Origin: an uncultured Bacteroidales bacterium
GTDB taxonomy: Bacteria; Bacteroidota; Bacteroidia; Bacteroidales; VadinHA17
Direction: 5' to 3'
NCBI GenBank assembly: GCA_963806555.1
Contig: CAWDYR010000011.1
Location: 2,424-66,423, forward strand
DNA length: 64,000 nucleotides
Shown here piece after piece: positions 1 to 9,976 of the stretch; the first letter of the stretch is position 1, and every line of letters begins with the position of its first letter. The notes under the pieces are model-generated. The model was not told the DNA's origin, did no database searches, and saw nothing but the letters and a program-made list of their open reading frames with translations. The position numbers and the translations under genes are program-made.

Positions 1-692
1 ACTTTGTAATGGGTAACAGCTGTTTTGCCCTGATTGGAGTCAGGAAACACCTGCATGACCTTTCTGTCGCGGAGGCTGCGTCCTACATTTCCGGTAATCG
101 TTCCCACCGGCGGCTCAGGAGTGCCCCACACAAGCGCAATATATTTCCTGTCGGTGGTACGGTCATAAAACTGTTTTGAAAGCCTGTTTAATGACAATTC
201 GTTTTTGGCAATCACCAGTATTCCGGAAGTATTCTTATCAATCCGGTGCACCAGTCCCGGACGAAGTTCCCCGGTCTGAAACAATGGCAGATCCTTAAAA
301 TGCCACATAAGGGCGTTGACAAGTGTGCCTGTATAATTTCCGTATGCCGGATGAACGACCATGCCTGCTTCTTTGTTGACAACCACAACATCATCGTCTT
401 CATATATAATATTCAGTGGAATATTCTGGGGAATGAGCTCTATCTCCCTTGGTGGCGATGGTAAAACAATCTGGACTACATCGCCGGGCTTGACCTTGTA
501 GTTCGGTTTTACGGTATTGTTGTTGACAAGTATGTTGCCTGCATTTGCAGCGCCCTGGATACGGGTCCTGGATGTGGTCTCAATACGGTTGGAAAGGAAT
601 TTGTCGATCCTGAGCAACGACTGACCCGGATCAACATTAAACCTGTAATGTTCAAAGAGCTCCTGCTGGTCATTGATTTCCTCTTCGCCCAT
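1..692 (-). CDS. rluD: RluA/RluD-family 23S rRNA pseudouridine synthase (3' end runs off the window)
   Basis: Manual translation from ATG at 692 gives MGEEEINDQQELFEHYRFNVDPGQSLLRIDKFL (S4 domain), then VVNKEAGMVVHP and GLVHRIDKNTSG (catalytic HRxD). Not in the ORF track because it is truncated. Confidence 0.93.
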   Translation of the reverse strand, partial: MGEEEINDQQELFEHYRFNVDPGQSLLRIDKFLSNRIETTSRTRIQGAANAGNILVNNNTVKPNYKVKPGDVVQIVLPSPPREIELIPQNIPLNIIYEDDDVVVVNKEAGMVVHPAYGNYTGTLVNALMWHFKDLPLFQTGELRPGLVHRIDKNTSGILVIAKNELSLNRLSKQFYDRTTDRKYIALVWGTPEPPVGTITGNVGRSLRDRKVMQVFPDSNQGKTAVTHYK

Positions 693-699
693 TTTGCGG

Positions 700-2550
700 T
701 TACCTTGTTTTAATGAACCTTTTATACCCTGTGGTTTTTCCGTTCACGGATGTAATGACAGTATAGATACCGGGTTTAAGTGAAGAAATTTCAATTCGCT
801 CCATATAACGGATTTTTATTACCTCCCTGCCATAAAGATCAATTATTGTAACGTATGCGGAGGGCGACAAAATCAATTCTTCCGAATAGAGATTTATAAA
901 ACTGGTGGCAGGATTGGGCCACAGATTGAAACTCTGCTTTTCATCAGGGTAGGTATCATCAACTCCGGTGGGTCTGAGACTTCTACCCATGACCGGCCTT
1001 ATCATTATGCTTCCCTCAACCTGCGACTGCAGCCATTGGCCGTTGAGCCAGTAGAACTGCCTTCCTTTATGGGTTGTATTGACATCATAGCCGGCATTTA
1101 AAAATGTCTCGGTGTGCTGTCTCCAGCCAATATAGAAAACGTCGTCAACCATAACCGGGTCGGGCAGGATGTAGGTAAAGAAACCGTTGATATCTGTTCC
1201 TTCAACAACCATTTGATCCGTTGCTGAATAAATAATTTCTCCGGGCAGATCGCCCATATCGTTCCAGATCATAAGGTCGAATGCCCTTAAATTGCTGTTC
1301 AGATAGGTGTCGTTAAAACAGATGCGGATCGCCCTGATGGTATCCCGGATGAACGATTTGAACCTGTATGCTACCATTGCGGTCCGTGAACCCTGACCGT
1401 TTACGCCATAACCTCCCTCAGAAGTGCCATCATCAAATGCAAAATAATTACTGAATACCTGGTTATAATGGATAGTGTCATTCTCCTTGGGATCAAATTC
1501 ATCGGTTATCAGGTAGCTTGTGATCCGGAACAGGGCTGAATCATTATTCGGTGAATTGAAGGTATAGATCAGGCTGGCGTTATAATCGACATTTGTCAGA
1601 GGACTGATATTGGTTGCGCCTGCTGAGAATGAATGAGCAATGGTGTTGGTATTGACATCCCTTATAACAAAATTTCTTGTTACATTTCTTACTATTGTGT
1701 CGTTGTTCCTGTAATGGATCGGAATTAATGATCCCATCTCCTGAAGATAGATCTCCCTGAACTGCTTCCATGGCATCGCTTCGTGGGTCTTGAGGATTGA
1801 TCTCATTGGTGTTCTGAAGGAAACATCTGCAAGGGAGGTATCGGCTGAATTCCTGTTGCGATCGAGATATACATAATCAATATTCCAGTGATCGCAGTTA
1901 CCGATCATCGACGGATCATTGATATTGGCGCTCAGGCTCGCCCAGTTGATGAACCGGAATTTAAAACCGCTTTTCAGGTACCGGGGATTCTCTATTCTTA
2001 TGATCGCGGGCTTAAATTTTGGCTGGACCACTCCCTGTGCCTTCCATACCGAATACCATTTATCCTCCAGAGGAGCGTAGAATTGCAGTGTAAGGCTGTC
2101 AAAAGGTTCGGGCATATCACCAAGACCACCGGGCTGATAGTAAAAACTCAGCCAGATGTTATCAGCAGGACTAAAATTAAGATTTACTGGCTGGGAGGTC
2201 AGGTGGTCAGCTTCAAAACCAGATGAAGTTGCTGTTTCGTAGAGCCTTCCGGTATTGTCTATTGCATCGAGCGTTGCAATGCCTATTGTTATCTGCTGAT
2301 CGGTGTATGTGTTATTAATAAAAGCAAAATCATCACTCCATTTTGCCGGGGAAGGAATGTGTGACTGCCCTGAGAAATCATCAAAGAAGGGCAGCTCAAG
2401 AGGAGCAGCCAGTCCCTTTTCCCGGGAGCTTAATTTATTTTTATTTTTTACTTCGATGTTTGTCTGAAGGCCTGTAATTACTTCCTGACCTGAAGTGATG
2501 ACAGGGATGAGAAGGAGGATTGCAATATATAAGGCAGATTTCTTTAACAT
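700..2550 (-). CDS. Secreted protein with C-terminal T9SS type A sorting domain
   Basis: Signal peptide from MLKKSALY. C-terminal LWPNPATS...LKPGIYTVI...KRFIK is a typical T9SS CTD. The ORF track starts at 2595, but 2550 is the likelier start. Confidence 0.85.
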   Translation of the reverse strand: MLKKSALYIAILLLIPVITSGQEVITGLQTNIEVKNKNKLSSREKGLAAPLELPFFDDFSGQSHIPSPAKWSDDFAFINNTYTDQQITIGIATLDAIDNTGRLYETATSSGFEADHLTSQPVNLNFSPADNIWLSFYYQPGGLGDMPEPFDSLTLQFYAPLEDKWYSVWKAQGVVQPKFKPAIIRIENPRYLKSGFKFRFINWASLSANINDPSMIGNCDHWNIDYVYLDRNRNSADTSLADVSFRTPMRSILKTHEAMPWKQFREIYLQEMGSLIPIHYRNNDTIVRNVTRNFVIRDVNTNTIAHSFSAGATNISPLTNVDYNASLIYTFNSPNNDSALFRITSYLITDEFDPKENDTIHYNQVFSNYFAFDDGTSEGGYGVNGQGSRTAMVAYRFKSFIRDTIRAIRICFNDTYLNSNLRAFDLMIWNDMGDLPGEIIYSATDQMVVEGTDINGFFTYILPDPVMVDDVFYIGWRQHTETFLNAGYDVNTTHKGRQFYWLNGQWLQSQVEGSIMIRPVMGRSLRPTGVDDTYPDEKQSFNLWPNPATSFINLYSEELILSPSAYVTIIDLYGREVIKIRYMERIEISSLKPGIYTVITSVNGKTTGYKRFIKTR

Positions 2551-2591
2551 CACTCTGTCAGAGCTGTCCCCTGACCATATCCGGTATCGTG

Positions 2592-3401
2592 TCAACCGAT
2601 AATTTTTGCTGAATCATTTGGCAGCTTTGCCGAATCGACGGTGAGCCAAAGGTAAATTGAAGAGCCAAGCTGAAGAGTTGCATCGGCTCTGAATTCCGGA
2701 TTTTGCTTGTAGACAAACGCTGTTGCTGAATCTTTACCTGTTGTAACGGTATTGTCATACATTGATGTTACAAGAGTCAGCGAAGCTCCCAAAATCCTGT
2801 TTTTAGCCGAAGCCAGATCGAGCCCCATAAGATCGGGAACTGCTGTGAGCTGATTACTCAGCCCCTTGCCAAGGACCAGGTCGATTACTGAACCCTTTTG
2901 TATTGAATCACCTTCAGCGATCTCTTTCCCGTTGTAGAGCTGTTTTATAACAACATCTATCGATATGTCGGGAATATATCTTGGCGTTCCCATTTCAAGG
3001 CCGGAACTTTCTATGAGCGCAATTGCCTGCCGCTTTGGGAGATTGACAAGATTTGGCATTGCCACCATTTCGGGATTGAATGCATTGATTGTCAGCATTA
3101 CATTCCTCCATTTCTTTACTTTGAAGCCCGGTTCGGGATTTTGTTCCGCTATACAGCCCCGCGGCACTTCTGCCGTATACACCGAGTCAATAACCTGATA
3201 CCTTACTTTACTCTTTCTGGCAGCCTTAACAGTCTGATCCATTGTAAGTCCGACAAAATCCGGGACCGGCCGGCTCTGTCCGTGACGGGTATAGAAGTTC
3301 ATCCAGATGAGCAGGGTCATTATTAAAATGACAATGATCACAGCGGCTAATCCAAGATTCTTTAAAAATGTTTTACTGAGGATAAAGTTTTTAAGGCTCA
3401 T
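2592..3401 (-). CDS. PASTA domain-containing membrane protein
   Basis: N-terminal TM helix followed by three PASTA repeats (VPDFVG, MPNLVN, VPDLMG). Likely start is MSLKNF at 3401. Confidence 0.88.
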   Translation of the reverse strand: MSLKNFILSKTFLKNLGLAAVIIVILIMTLLIWMNFYTRHGQSRPVPDFVGLTMDQTVKAARKSKVRYQVIDSVYTAEVPRGCIAEQNPEPGFKVKKWRNVMLTINAFNPEMVAMPNLVNLPKRQAIALIESSGLEMGTPRYIPDISIDVVIKQLYNGKEIAEGDSIQKGSVIDLVLGKGLSNQLTAVPDLMGLDLASAKNRILGASLTLVTSMYDNTVTTGKDSATAFVYKQNPEFRADATLQLGSSIYLWLTVDSAKLPNDSAKIIG

Positions 3402-3420
3402 ACCGGCATTCGAACTAAAG

Positions 3421-4539
3421 TTATAACGCAAATGTATTGATAAAATTATAAACAGAATCCCGTTCCACAGGTTCAAAACCGGCATTCACTGATAAGGGTG
3501 CAGATTTCATCTGTTGTCATACCCGGATTCTTCTCCTCCGCACCTGCCATGGAATAGATACGGGTAGTGTCGTCAATGGTGCCATCGAGGTCATCCGCGC
3601 CGAAAGAAAGGCTTATCTGGGCGATCTCTTTACCGGCCATCGGCCAGTAAGCTTTTATGATGCCGGATATTGTCCATGTATATCCTGGAAACAGCGTAAT
3701 TTCTCAGATCTTCCATGATGCTGACCTCACCAAGATGGGCCATCGGATTATTGGCTTTTTTATACTTGAGCGGGATGAATGCATTGAAACCATGTGTTCT
3801 GTCCTGAAGGTTACGCAGTCTTTCCATGTGATCGATCCGGTGTGACTAGGTTTCAATGTGACCGTAAAGCATTGTTGCATTTGAAGGTATCCCGAGAGTA
3901 TGTGCCGTTTCGTGGATCTCAATCCATTTTGCGGATGAAGTTTTTTCGGGGCAGATCTCTTTTCGAATCTCCTCGTCGAATATTTCTGCACCTCCGCCCG
4001 GAATTGAGTCAAGGCCGCATCCTTTCAGCAACGACAGTCCTTCCCTGATTGTCAGACCCGACCTGGCAATCATATAATCGAGTTCAATTGCAGAAAATGC
4101 CTTGACATGCAACCCGGGTCGATGACGTTTTATCATCTCAATAAGCCGGCAGTAGTACCGGATATCCCTGGAAGGATGAACTCCGCCGACGATATGGACT
4201 TCTGTGACATCCTTGCCGTCAAATCTTCTGACAATGTCAAGCATGTCTTCCGGTGTGTATTCCCAGCTTTCAGGATCATTTTCAGCGCTTATGATAAGAG
4301 CAGAACCTGCAGTTATATACGCATTTGTTTGTAGGCTCAATATGAAAATTCCTGTTGAAAAATGCCAGGTTGCCGTTGAATCTTCTTCTTACACTTCCCG
4401 CAAGAAGTCCGAGCAGCGGCAATTCGGCCTTAAGGAATAATAATAAGCCATCTTCAGGTGTGATGCGGGTACCGGCTGAGATCTTATCTGATATCCTTCT
4501 GAGTTCCGGATCGTTAATATTTTGTAACAGGTTTGTCAT
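3421..4539 (-). pseudogene. mqnE: Aminofutalosine synthase MqnE (CofH-like radical SAM), interrupted by three +1 frameshifts and one in-frame TAG
   Basis: CxxxCxxC motif (NKCVYNCRFC), EVHIVGG, IPGGGAEIF, NATMLYGHIE, IKAYWPM, FGADDLDGT and PVERDS are spread over several frames. Breaks at about 4290, 3846 (TAG), 3660 and 3487. Confidence 0.85.
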
Positions 4540-4568
4540 TTTAGAAAAGGTGGCCGGTAAAATTAATG

Positions 4569-4602
4569 AAAAAAAAGGTGCCTTGTCTTGAGGCACCTTT
4601 TT
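4569..4602. terminator. Intrinsic terminator downstream of rpmH
   Basis: AAAAAGGTGCCT-loop-AGGCACCTTTTT hairpin with A and T tracts on both sides. Confidence 0.8.
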
Positions 4603-4620
4603 CTATATAAAGAGTTATAA

Positions 4621-4776
4621 TTACTTCAGTTTAAGCTCAGGAGAGACAGTAAGTTTCTTCCTTCCCTTGGCCCTGCGTGATGCAAGAACCCTCCTGCCAT
4701 TGGGAGTGGACATTCTTTCCCTGAAACCATGCTTGTTTGCTCTCTTTCTTCTTGAAGGCTGGTATGTCCTTTTCAT
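4621..4776 (-). CDS. rpmH: 50S ribosomal protein L34
   Basis: Manual translation [51 protein letters not shown] (51 aa, below the ORF-track cutoff). Confidence 0.97.
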   Translation of the reverse strand: MKRTYQPSRRKRANKHGFRERMSTPNGRRVLASRRAKGRKKLTVSPELKLK

Positions 4777-4819
4777 ATCCGGTAATTTTAGATGTCTCTG
4801 CTGTTTTATTTTGAGATCG

Positions 4820-4827
4820 CAAAGATA
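4820..4827 (-). promoter_or_regulatory. Bacteroidota sigma-A -7 element for rpmH
   Basis: TATCTTTG on the minus strand matches TAnnTTTG, 43 bp upstream of the ATG. Confidence 0.65.
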
Positions 4828-4894
4828 TTTATTTTTTCTATAAATGCAACCATTGCCATCTATTTTTCAAAAAACTTACACAGAGTTCCACAGA

Positions 4895-5165
4895 AAAGTC
4901 GACCCCTAAATCCCCTAAAGGGGACTTAATAACCCCACTTAGGCATAGCCAATCTCACAGAAGGGCCAGCATAGAATCACACTGTATGCAACTGGAGTTT
5001 CAATACTCTAGCATTTGGGGGTCTTAAAAAGTCGAAATCGCTGTTAACCGCAAAGATGAAAGAGTACGCACAGGATCGCAGAGAAGGTTAATTATGTGAA
5101 CGTTTTAACTTTGCGTGCTTTCGCCTTCTGTAGCGTGTCCTGTAGCGGCTACAGACTGTCCGTAA
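4895..5165. repeat. Cluster of REP-like palindromes containing a MITE left-end fragment (4943-5016)
   Basis: CCCCTAAATCCCCTAAAGGGGACTT, TTAACCGCAAAG...CTTTGCG and TGTAGCGGCTACA. Bases 4943-5016 align with the left ends at 11878 and 35093. Confidence 0.6.
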
Positions 5166-5180
5166 GACCAGTAGACTTAT

Positions 5181-5792
5181 TCAAACCGGCAGGTATACAA
5201 TCTTTTTAGTTTCGAAGTAGGGCTCAGAAAAATACTCTTTTATCTCCCTTATCACGATTTTTGTTTTAAAGGATGCAATTTCCCGTTCCAGATCGCCGCC
5301 TTTCAGGCAGATGATTCCGTTCTTAATGCTGTTACGGCTTACAGGATCAACATTTTTTTGTGTAAGCTTTACAAATTCAGGGAATTCACAGACTGCCCTG
5401 CTGATAACAAAATCATATTTGCCTTTTTCCTCTTCAACTCTTTTTCTAAGAGGCAGGACATTCGTCAGACCAAGTTCATCTGCCACAGATGTTACAACAG
5501 TGATCTTCTTTCCGATTGAATCAAGGAGTGTGAACATTGTTGAGGGAAAGATTATTGCAAGCGGTATTCCCGGAAAACCTCCTCCGGTACCGACGTCAAG
5601 AACCTTTGTCCCGGGAATAAAGCTGATGAATCTGGCAATTGCCAGAGAATGAAGGACATGATGAACGAAAAAGTTTTCCATATCCTTCCGTGATATAACA
5701 TTTATCTTGCTGTTCCACTCCTCATAGAGTTCTTTAAGCCTGTTAAATTGTCCGACAGCAGCGTCTGAAAGAAAGGGGAAATATCTTAACAT
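5181..5792 (-). CDS. rsmG: 16S rRNA m7G527 methyltransferase
   Basis: WNSKINVISR, HVLHSL, LDVGTGGGFPGIPL, VISRAV and CLKGG motifs. Confidence 0.96.
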   Translation of the reverse strand: MLRYFPFLSDAAVGQFNRLKELYEEWNSKINVISRKDMENFFVHHVLHSLAIARFISFIPGTKVLDVGTGGGFPGIPLAIIFPSTMFTLLDSIGKKITVVTSVADELGLTNVLPLRKRVEEEKGKYDFVISRAVCEFPEFVKLTQKNVDPVSRNSIKNGIICLKGGDLEREIASFKTKIVIREIKEYFSEPYFETKKIVYLPV

Positions 5793-6388
5793 TACCTGTT
5801 GCCGGTTTTTAAAAATATGTTATATAACAGGTTTTTTGCCCTGAATAACTGGGCTTTGACAGTCCCGATCGGTATTTTGAGCTCAGAAGCAATCTCCTCG
5901 TAAGAATATTCCTTGTAGTACCTTAGTTCGATGAGCCGCCTGTAGCTCGGCTTAAGCTGGTTAACTATATCCCTGAGGACTGCAATTTTCTGGTCGTTTA
6001 TAAGGGCTTCCTCAGGATCAGGAAGGTCGGACTGGATGTATACAGTCAGATTGTCAAGGTCGTCGGCCAGTTGTTCAACGGGAGCCGGAGAGGTTTGTTT
6101 TCTTCTGATAAAGTCAATGCAGTTGTTGGTCGCTATTTTAAAGAGCCAGGTACTGAAAGCGTATTCAGGGGTAAACGAATCAAGATTATGGAAAGCCTTG
6201 CCAAAAGCTTCAATTGTCAGGTCTTCAGCATCTGATGCGTTTCCTACCATTTTAAGGAGCATAAAGTAGATCGAGTCCCTGTAACGGTTCATAAGACTTG
6301 CAAAAGCTTTTTCATTCCCCTTCCTTGCCATTTCCACGTTCAGGAGATCGCTTTTTGCCTTTTCCGATAATCCGGCGCTTACTTCCAT
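5792..6388 (-). CDS. ECF sigma-70 factor
   Basis: Region 2 (DAEDLT...FSTWLFKIATN) and region 4 (SYEEIA..LKIPIGTVKAQLFRA). Confidence 0.93.
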   Translation of the reverse strand: MEVSAGLSEKAKSDLLNVEMARKGNEKAFASLMNRYRDSIYFMLLKMVGNASDAEDLTIEAFGKAFHNLDSFTPEYAFSTWLFKIATNNCIDFIRRKQTSPAPVEQLADDLDNLTVYIQSDLPDPEEALINDQKIAVLRDIVNQLKPSYRRLIELRYYKEYSYEEIASELKIPIGTVKAQLFRAKNLLYNIFLKTGNR

Positions 6389-7509
6389 CTGTTTTTGCGG
6401 GACCCCTCCCCAAGGTTGGTTAAATAAATAACAGCATTCAGAACAGGCGAAATGATGTCATAAAATATTGACCATGGCGCTAATCCCGGCTCATTGAGCT
6501 TCTTCTGAACCAGTATTAAAACAACAACCTGTACCGCAAGCCTGATCGTGAAAATTGCCGTAACGAAAGGCCAGAGGTAAAGGTATGAGAGAAGCACTGC
6601 AAAAAGCACATAAAACAGCAACCTGGTAACCGGCTCGACTGTCAATATAACCTTATGGCTTAATTTGTAATGGACTGCGGTTGTCAGATGCCTCTTTTTT
6701 TGTTTGAACAATTCTGTGGTTGTTGCAGCAGGTACTGAGCGGGTATGTGCTTCCTTTCCGAATTCGACTTTTATGTTCTCCCCGGTGGCATTTGAATTTA
6801 CAAATAGATCATCATCGCCCGAGGCGAGCTGGCTGTGGGGGCCAAAACCTTTATTCCTGAAAAAGAGCGACCTTCTGTAGGCAAGATTTCTGCCAACACC
6901 CATGTATGGATTGCCCCTGATCGCCATTCCCAGGTACTGCATTGCAATGAACATGCCATCGGATCTTATGTATTTATTAAGTAGTCCCTTTTTGCTAAAA
7001 TAGCCACCATAACCCAGGACAAAATCTGTTTTGTCATCAAAATGAGAAACCATGGTGCCAAGCCATTTTCCTGTCTGTGGACGACAATCAGCGTCGATGA
7101 AAAGCAGCAACTCATTCTTTGCGGCTTTAATGCCGATGAACTGGGCAAATTTCTTGTTATGTGTAAATTTTGGATCTTTTATGATATTCGAAACCCTGAG
7201 GTTAGGATACTTCTTAAGGTACTCACCAAGAACATTATAGGACTCGTCATCAGAACAATCGTTGACCACTATTACCTCAAATTCAGGGTATTCCTGTTCA
7301 AGGACCGAAGGGAGGAATTCCCTTAAATTCTGTTCTTCATTCCTGGCGCAAATAATCACTGAAACAGGATCTCCCGGTGCGATTTTTACAGTCTGCCTGA
7401 ACAATGCTGTAGCCAGATAATAATAGAAATAGTAGAATAGTTGTATCGCGGCTGAAAGACCGAAGATTATAAAAAGTATCAGGAGAAACGCGTGGTCACC
7501 AGGTGTCAT
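6379..7509 (-). CDS. GT2-family glycosyltransferase with TM helices
   Basis: VSVIICARNE, VNDCSDD, FIDADC, SGDDD and QKKRH motifs, with N- and C-terminal TM segments. Start is uncertain (the ORF extends to 7605). Confidence 0.9.
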   Translation of the reverse strand: MTPGDHAFLLILFIIFGLSAAIQLFYYFYYYLATALFRQTVKIAPGDPVSVIICARNEEQNLREFLPSVLEQEYPEFEVIVVNDCSDDESYNVLGEYLKKYPNLRVSNIIKDPKFTHNKKFAQFIGIKAAKNELLLFIDADCRPQTGKWLGTMVSHFDDKTDFVLGYGGYFSKKGLLNKYIRSDGMFIAMQYLGMAIRGNPYMGVGRNLAYRRSLFFRNKGFGPHSQLASGDDDLFVNSNATGENIKVEFGKEAHTRSVPAATTTELFKQKKRHLTTAVHYKLSHKVILTVEPVTRLLFYVLFAVLLSYLYLWPFVTAIFTIRLAVQVVVLILVQKKLNEPGLAPWSIFYDIISPVLNAVIYLTNLGEGSRKNRWK

Positions 7510-7644
7510 TTGACTTCCAAATAAGGGATCAATATTACTAAGATAATCTGAATGGTAAAAGAGTGCAAATAAAATATCACTTGTTAAAACGGAAACTAGC
7601 TTCAAAAATTATCGGCATAAATTTTAACAGGTGGCTGAATGGAT

Positions 7645-7652
7645 TACCTTTG
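7645..7652 (+). promoter_or_regulatory. Sigma-A -7 element for tgt
   Basis: TACCTTTG 24 bp upstream of ATG 7677. Confidence 0.6.
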
Positions 7653-7676
7653 TGCATCCGGAACAAAATTGATTTT

Positions 7677-8804
7677 ATGTTTGAAGTAAAGAGCAGGGAT
7701 AAAGAGACCAGGGCGAGGGCAGGAATGCTGAAAACAGACCATGGCGATATCCCTACTCCGGTCTTTATGCCAGTCGGAACTGCCGGTACTGTAAAGGGCA
7801 TATTGCAGAAGGACCTTCTGGACGACATAGATGCAAAAATCATACTTGGCAACACGTATCATCTCTACCTCCGTCCCGGAACGGAAATACTGAAAGCATC
7901 GGGAGGCCTTCATAAATTTATTGGCTGGCCGCGACCGCTTCTGACCGACAGCGGCGGATACCAGGTTTTTTCGCTTACCGGTAACAGGAAGCTCACTTCT
8001 GCCGGAGCTATTTTCAAATCTCATATCGACGGGTCGAAACATGTTTTTTCTCCCGAGAATACTATTGATATTCAGCGTATTATTGGTGCGGATATAATGA
8101 TGGTCTTTGATGAATGCGCCCCATTCCCCTGCGATTACAGGTATGCAAAAAAATCAGTTGAGCTTACCCATCATTGGCTCGACAGGGCTGTTGCCCGATT
8201 TAAGGAGACGGACCCTGTGTGGGGATACAGTCAGTTTCTTTTTCCTATTGTCCAGGGTAGTACATTTGATGACCTCAGAAAGGAATCTGCTGAAAAGATC
8301 GCATCCGTATCAATGGCCGGTAATGCAATCGGTGGTTTATCGGTGGGTGAACCTGCTGAAGAGATGTACAGAATCATTGAGATTGTAAATGAGATACTTC
8401 CCGAGGATAAGCCAAGATACCTGATGGGAGTAGGGACTCCTGTTAATATTCTGGAGGCTATTGAACGGGGAATCGATATGTTTGACTGTGTTATGCCAAC
8501 AAGAAACGGGCGAAATGGTATGCTCTTTACGGGTGAGGGTATAATCAATATAAGGAACCGGAAATGGATAGATGATTTCAGTCCAATTGATCCTGACGGT
8601 CCCTCGGCGGTAAGCCTTTATTATTCAAAAGCATACCTGAGGCATCTTGTTATCTCAGGTGAAATTCTCGGCGCTCAGATATCAAGTATCCACAACCTGG
8701 CATTTTATATGCGGCTGGTAGCCGAAGCAAGGAAACAGATTGAAGATGGTAATTTCAGATTATGGAAAAACCGGATGGTAAAAAAGCTGTCGGAAAGACT
8801 TTAG
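7677..8804 (+). CDS. tgt: Queuine tRNA-ribosyltransferase
   Basis: TPVFMPVGT, LGNTYHL, TDSGGYQ, GGLSVGE, RYLMGVG and DMFDCVMPTRNGR motifs. Confidence 0.97.
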   Translation: MFEVKSRDKETRARAGMLKTDHGDIPTPVFMPVGTAGTVKGILQKDLLDDIDAKIILGNTYHLYLRPGTEILKASGGLHKFIGWPRPLLTDSGGYQVFSLTGNRKLTSAGAIFKSHIDGSKHVFSPENTIDIQRIIGADIMMVFDECAPFPCDYRYAKKSVELTHHWLDRAVARFKETDPVWGYSQFLFPIVQGSTFDDLRKESAEKIASVSMAGNAIGGLSVGEPAEEMYRIIEIVNEILPEDKPRYLMGVGTPVNILEAIERGIDMFDCVMPTRNGRNGMLFTGEGIINIRNRKWIDDFSPIDPDGPSAVSLYYSKAYLRHLVISGEILGAQISSIHNLAFYMRLVAEARKQIEDGNFRLWKNRMVKKLSERL

Positions 8805-8815
8805 CCTCGCTTAAA

Positions 8816-9898
8816 ATGAGAATAATCGACGGCTACATTATCAGGAAATATCTTGGTACTTTCTTCTATAGTATCATATTGATCCTGACGATTGCCGTTG
8901 TATTCGACTTTGCCGAAAAGATAGATAATTTCATGGAGAAGGAGGCCCCTGTAAAGGCCATTGTATTTGATTACTATCTTAATTTCATTCCTTATTTTGC
9001 AACATTGTTTGCTCCCCTGTTCGTGTTTATTTCAGTCATCTTTTTTACCTCCAAGATGGCGGCAAATACGGAAATCATTGCTATTTTAAACAGCGGTATG
9101 AGCTTCAGGCGGATGATGTGGCCTTATTTTATCTCATCCCTTGTTATCGCAATACTTACGTTCCTGCTTACCAATTTTGTCATTCCCCAGGCAAACCTGA
9201 AACGGATGGCTTTTGAGGATAAATACTACAGATCGACTTCAAGAAGGGTTCCGGTAATGAACATTCACAGGCAGGTGTCGAAAAATGTTTTAATTTACAT
9301 GGAATCCTTCAACCCGATAAGCCAGGCAGGCCGCAATTTTACAATAGAGAAGTTTGATGAATCGGGCAAGCTTGAATCAAAGCTGTCAGGGAACCTGGTA
9401 AGATATGATACCACCAGTAATAAGTGGACGGTGATAAATTACTATTTTCGTAAGATAGGAGACCACGAAGATTCGTTGAGCAGAGGTGAACGTATTGACA
9501 CCACGCTGACAATAAAACCGCAGGATCTGTCGCGGGGACCCGGATTTGTGGGAACCATGACATATAATGAACTGAATGAGTACATAGGCCAGCTCAGGCT
9601 TCAGGGCTCCGACGAGCTGAAACTTTTTCTCGTTGAAAAACACCGCCGTATTGCAAACCCGTTTGCCATTTTTATCCTGACACTTATAGGAGTGTCTCTT
9701 TCATCAAAGAAAGTGAGGGGAGGAATCGGAATGAATATCGGGATCGGTCTGGGATTAAGCTTCTCGTATATACTTTTTTTGCAGTTTGCGGCTCAGTTCT
9801 CAGTGAAAGGAAACCTTGACCCGATGATGGCAATGTGGATCCCGAATATTCTGTATTCGGTAATAGCATTTATATTATATAAACTTGCCCCAAAATAA
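8816..9898 (+). CDS. LptF/LptG family LPS export permease
   Basis: MRIIDGYIIRKY start, NTEIIAILNSGMS motif, 3+3 TM layout around a periplasmic domain, WIPN near the C-terminus. Confidence 0.9.
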   Translation: MRIIDGYIIRKYLGTFFYSIILILTIAVVFDFAEKIDNFMEKEAPVKAIVFDYYLNFIPYFATLFAPLFVFISVIFFTSKMAANTEIIAILNSGMSFRRMMWPYFISSLVIAILTFLLTNFVIPQANLKRMAFEDKYYRSTSRRVPVMNIHRQVSKNVLIYMESFNPISQAGRNFTIEKFDESGKLESKLSGNLVRYDTTSNKWTVINYYFRKIGDHEDSLSRGERIDTTLTIKPQDLSRGPGFVGTMTYNELNEYIGQLRLQGSDELKLFLVEKHRRIANPFAIFILTLIGVSLSSKKVRGGIGMNIGIGLGLSFSYILFLQFAAQFSVKGNLDPMMAMWIPNILYSVIAFILYKLAPK

Positions 9899-9976
9899 TA
9901 TATCGCTCATTTATTTTTAAATTTCACACTGATTCAGAAATCATGACCATAAACCAAATAATAAAACTATACTTCA

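Noticed and set aside
3846-3848. TAG recoding or pyrrolysine in mqnE
   Set aside because: TAG ends several intact genes in this window, there are no pyl genes here, and the gene has other lesions.
4637-4822. 61-aa ORF from the track
   Set aside because: It is an alternative frame over rpmH.
4870-4900. oriC or DnaA boxes next to rpmH and rsmG
   Set aside because: Only weak matches with 2-3 mismatches, no dnaA, and the region is explained by REP-like repeats.
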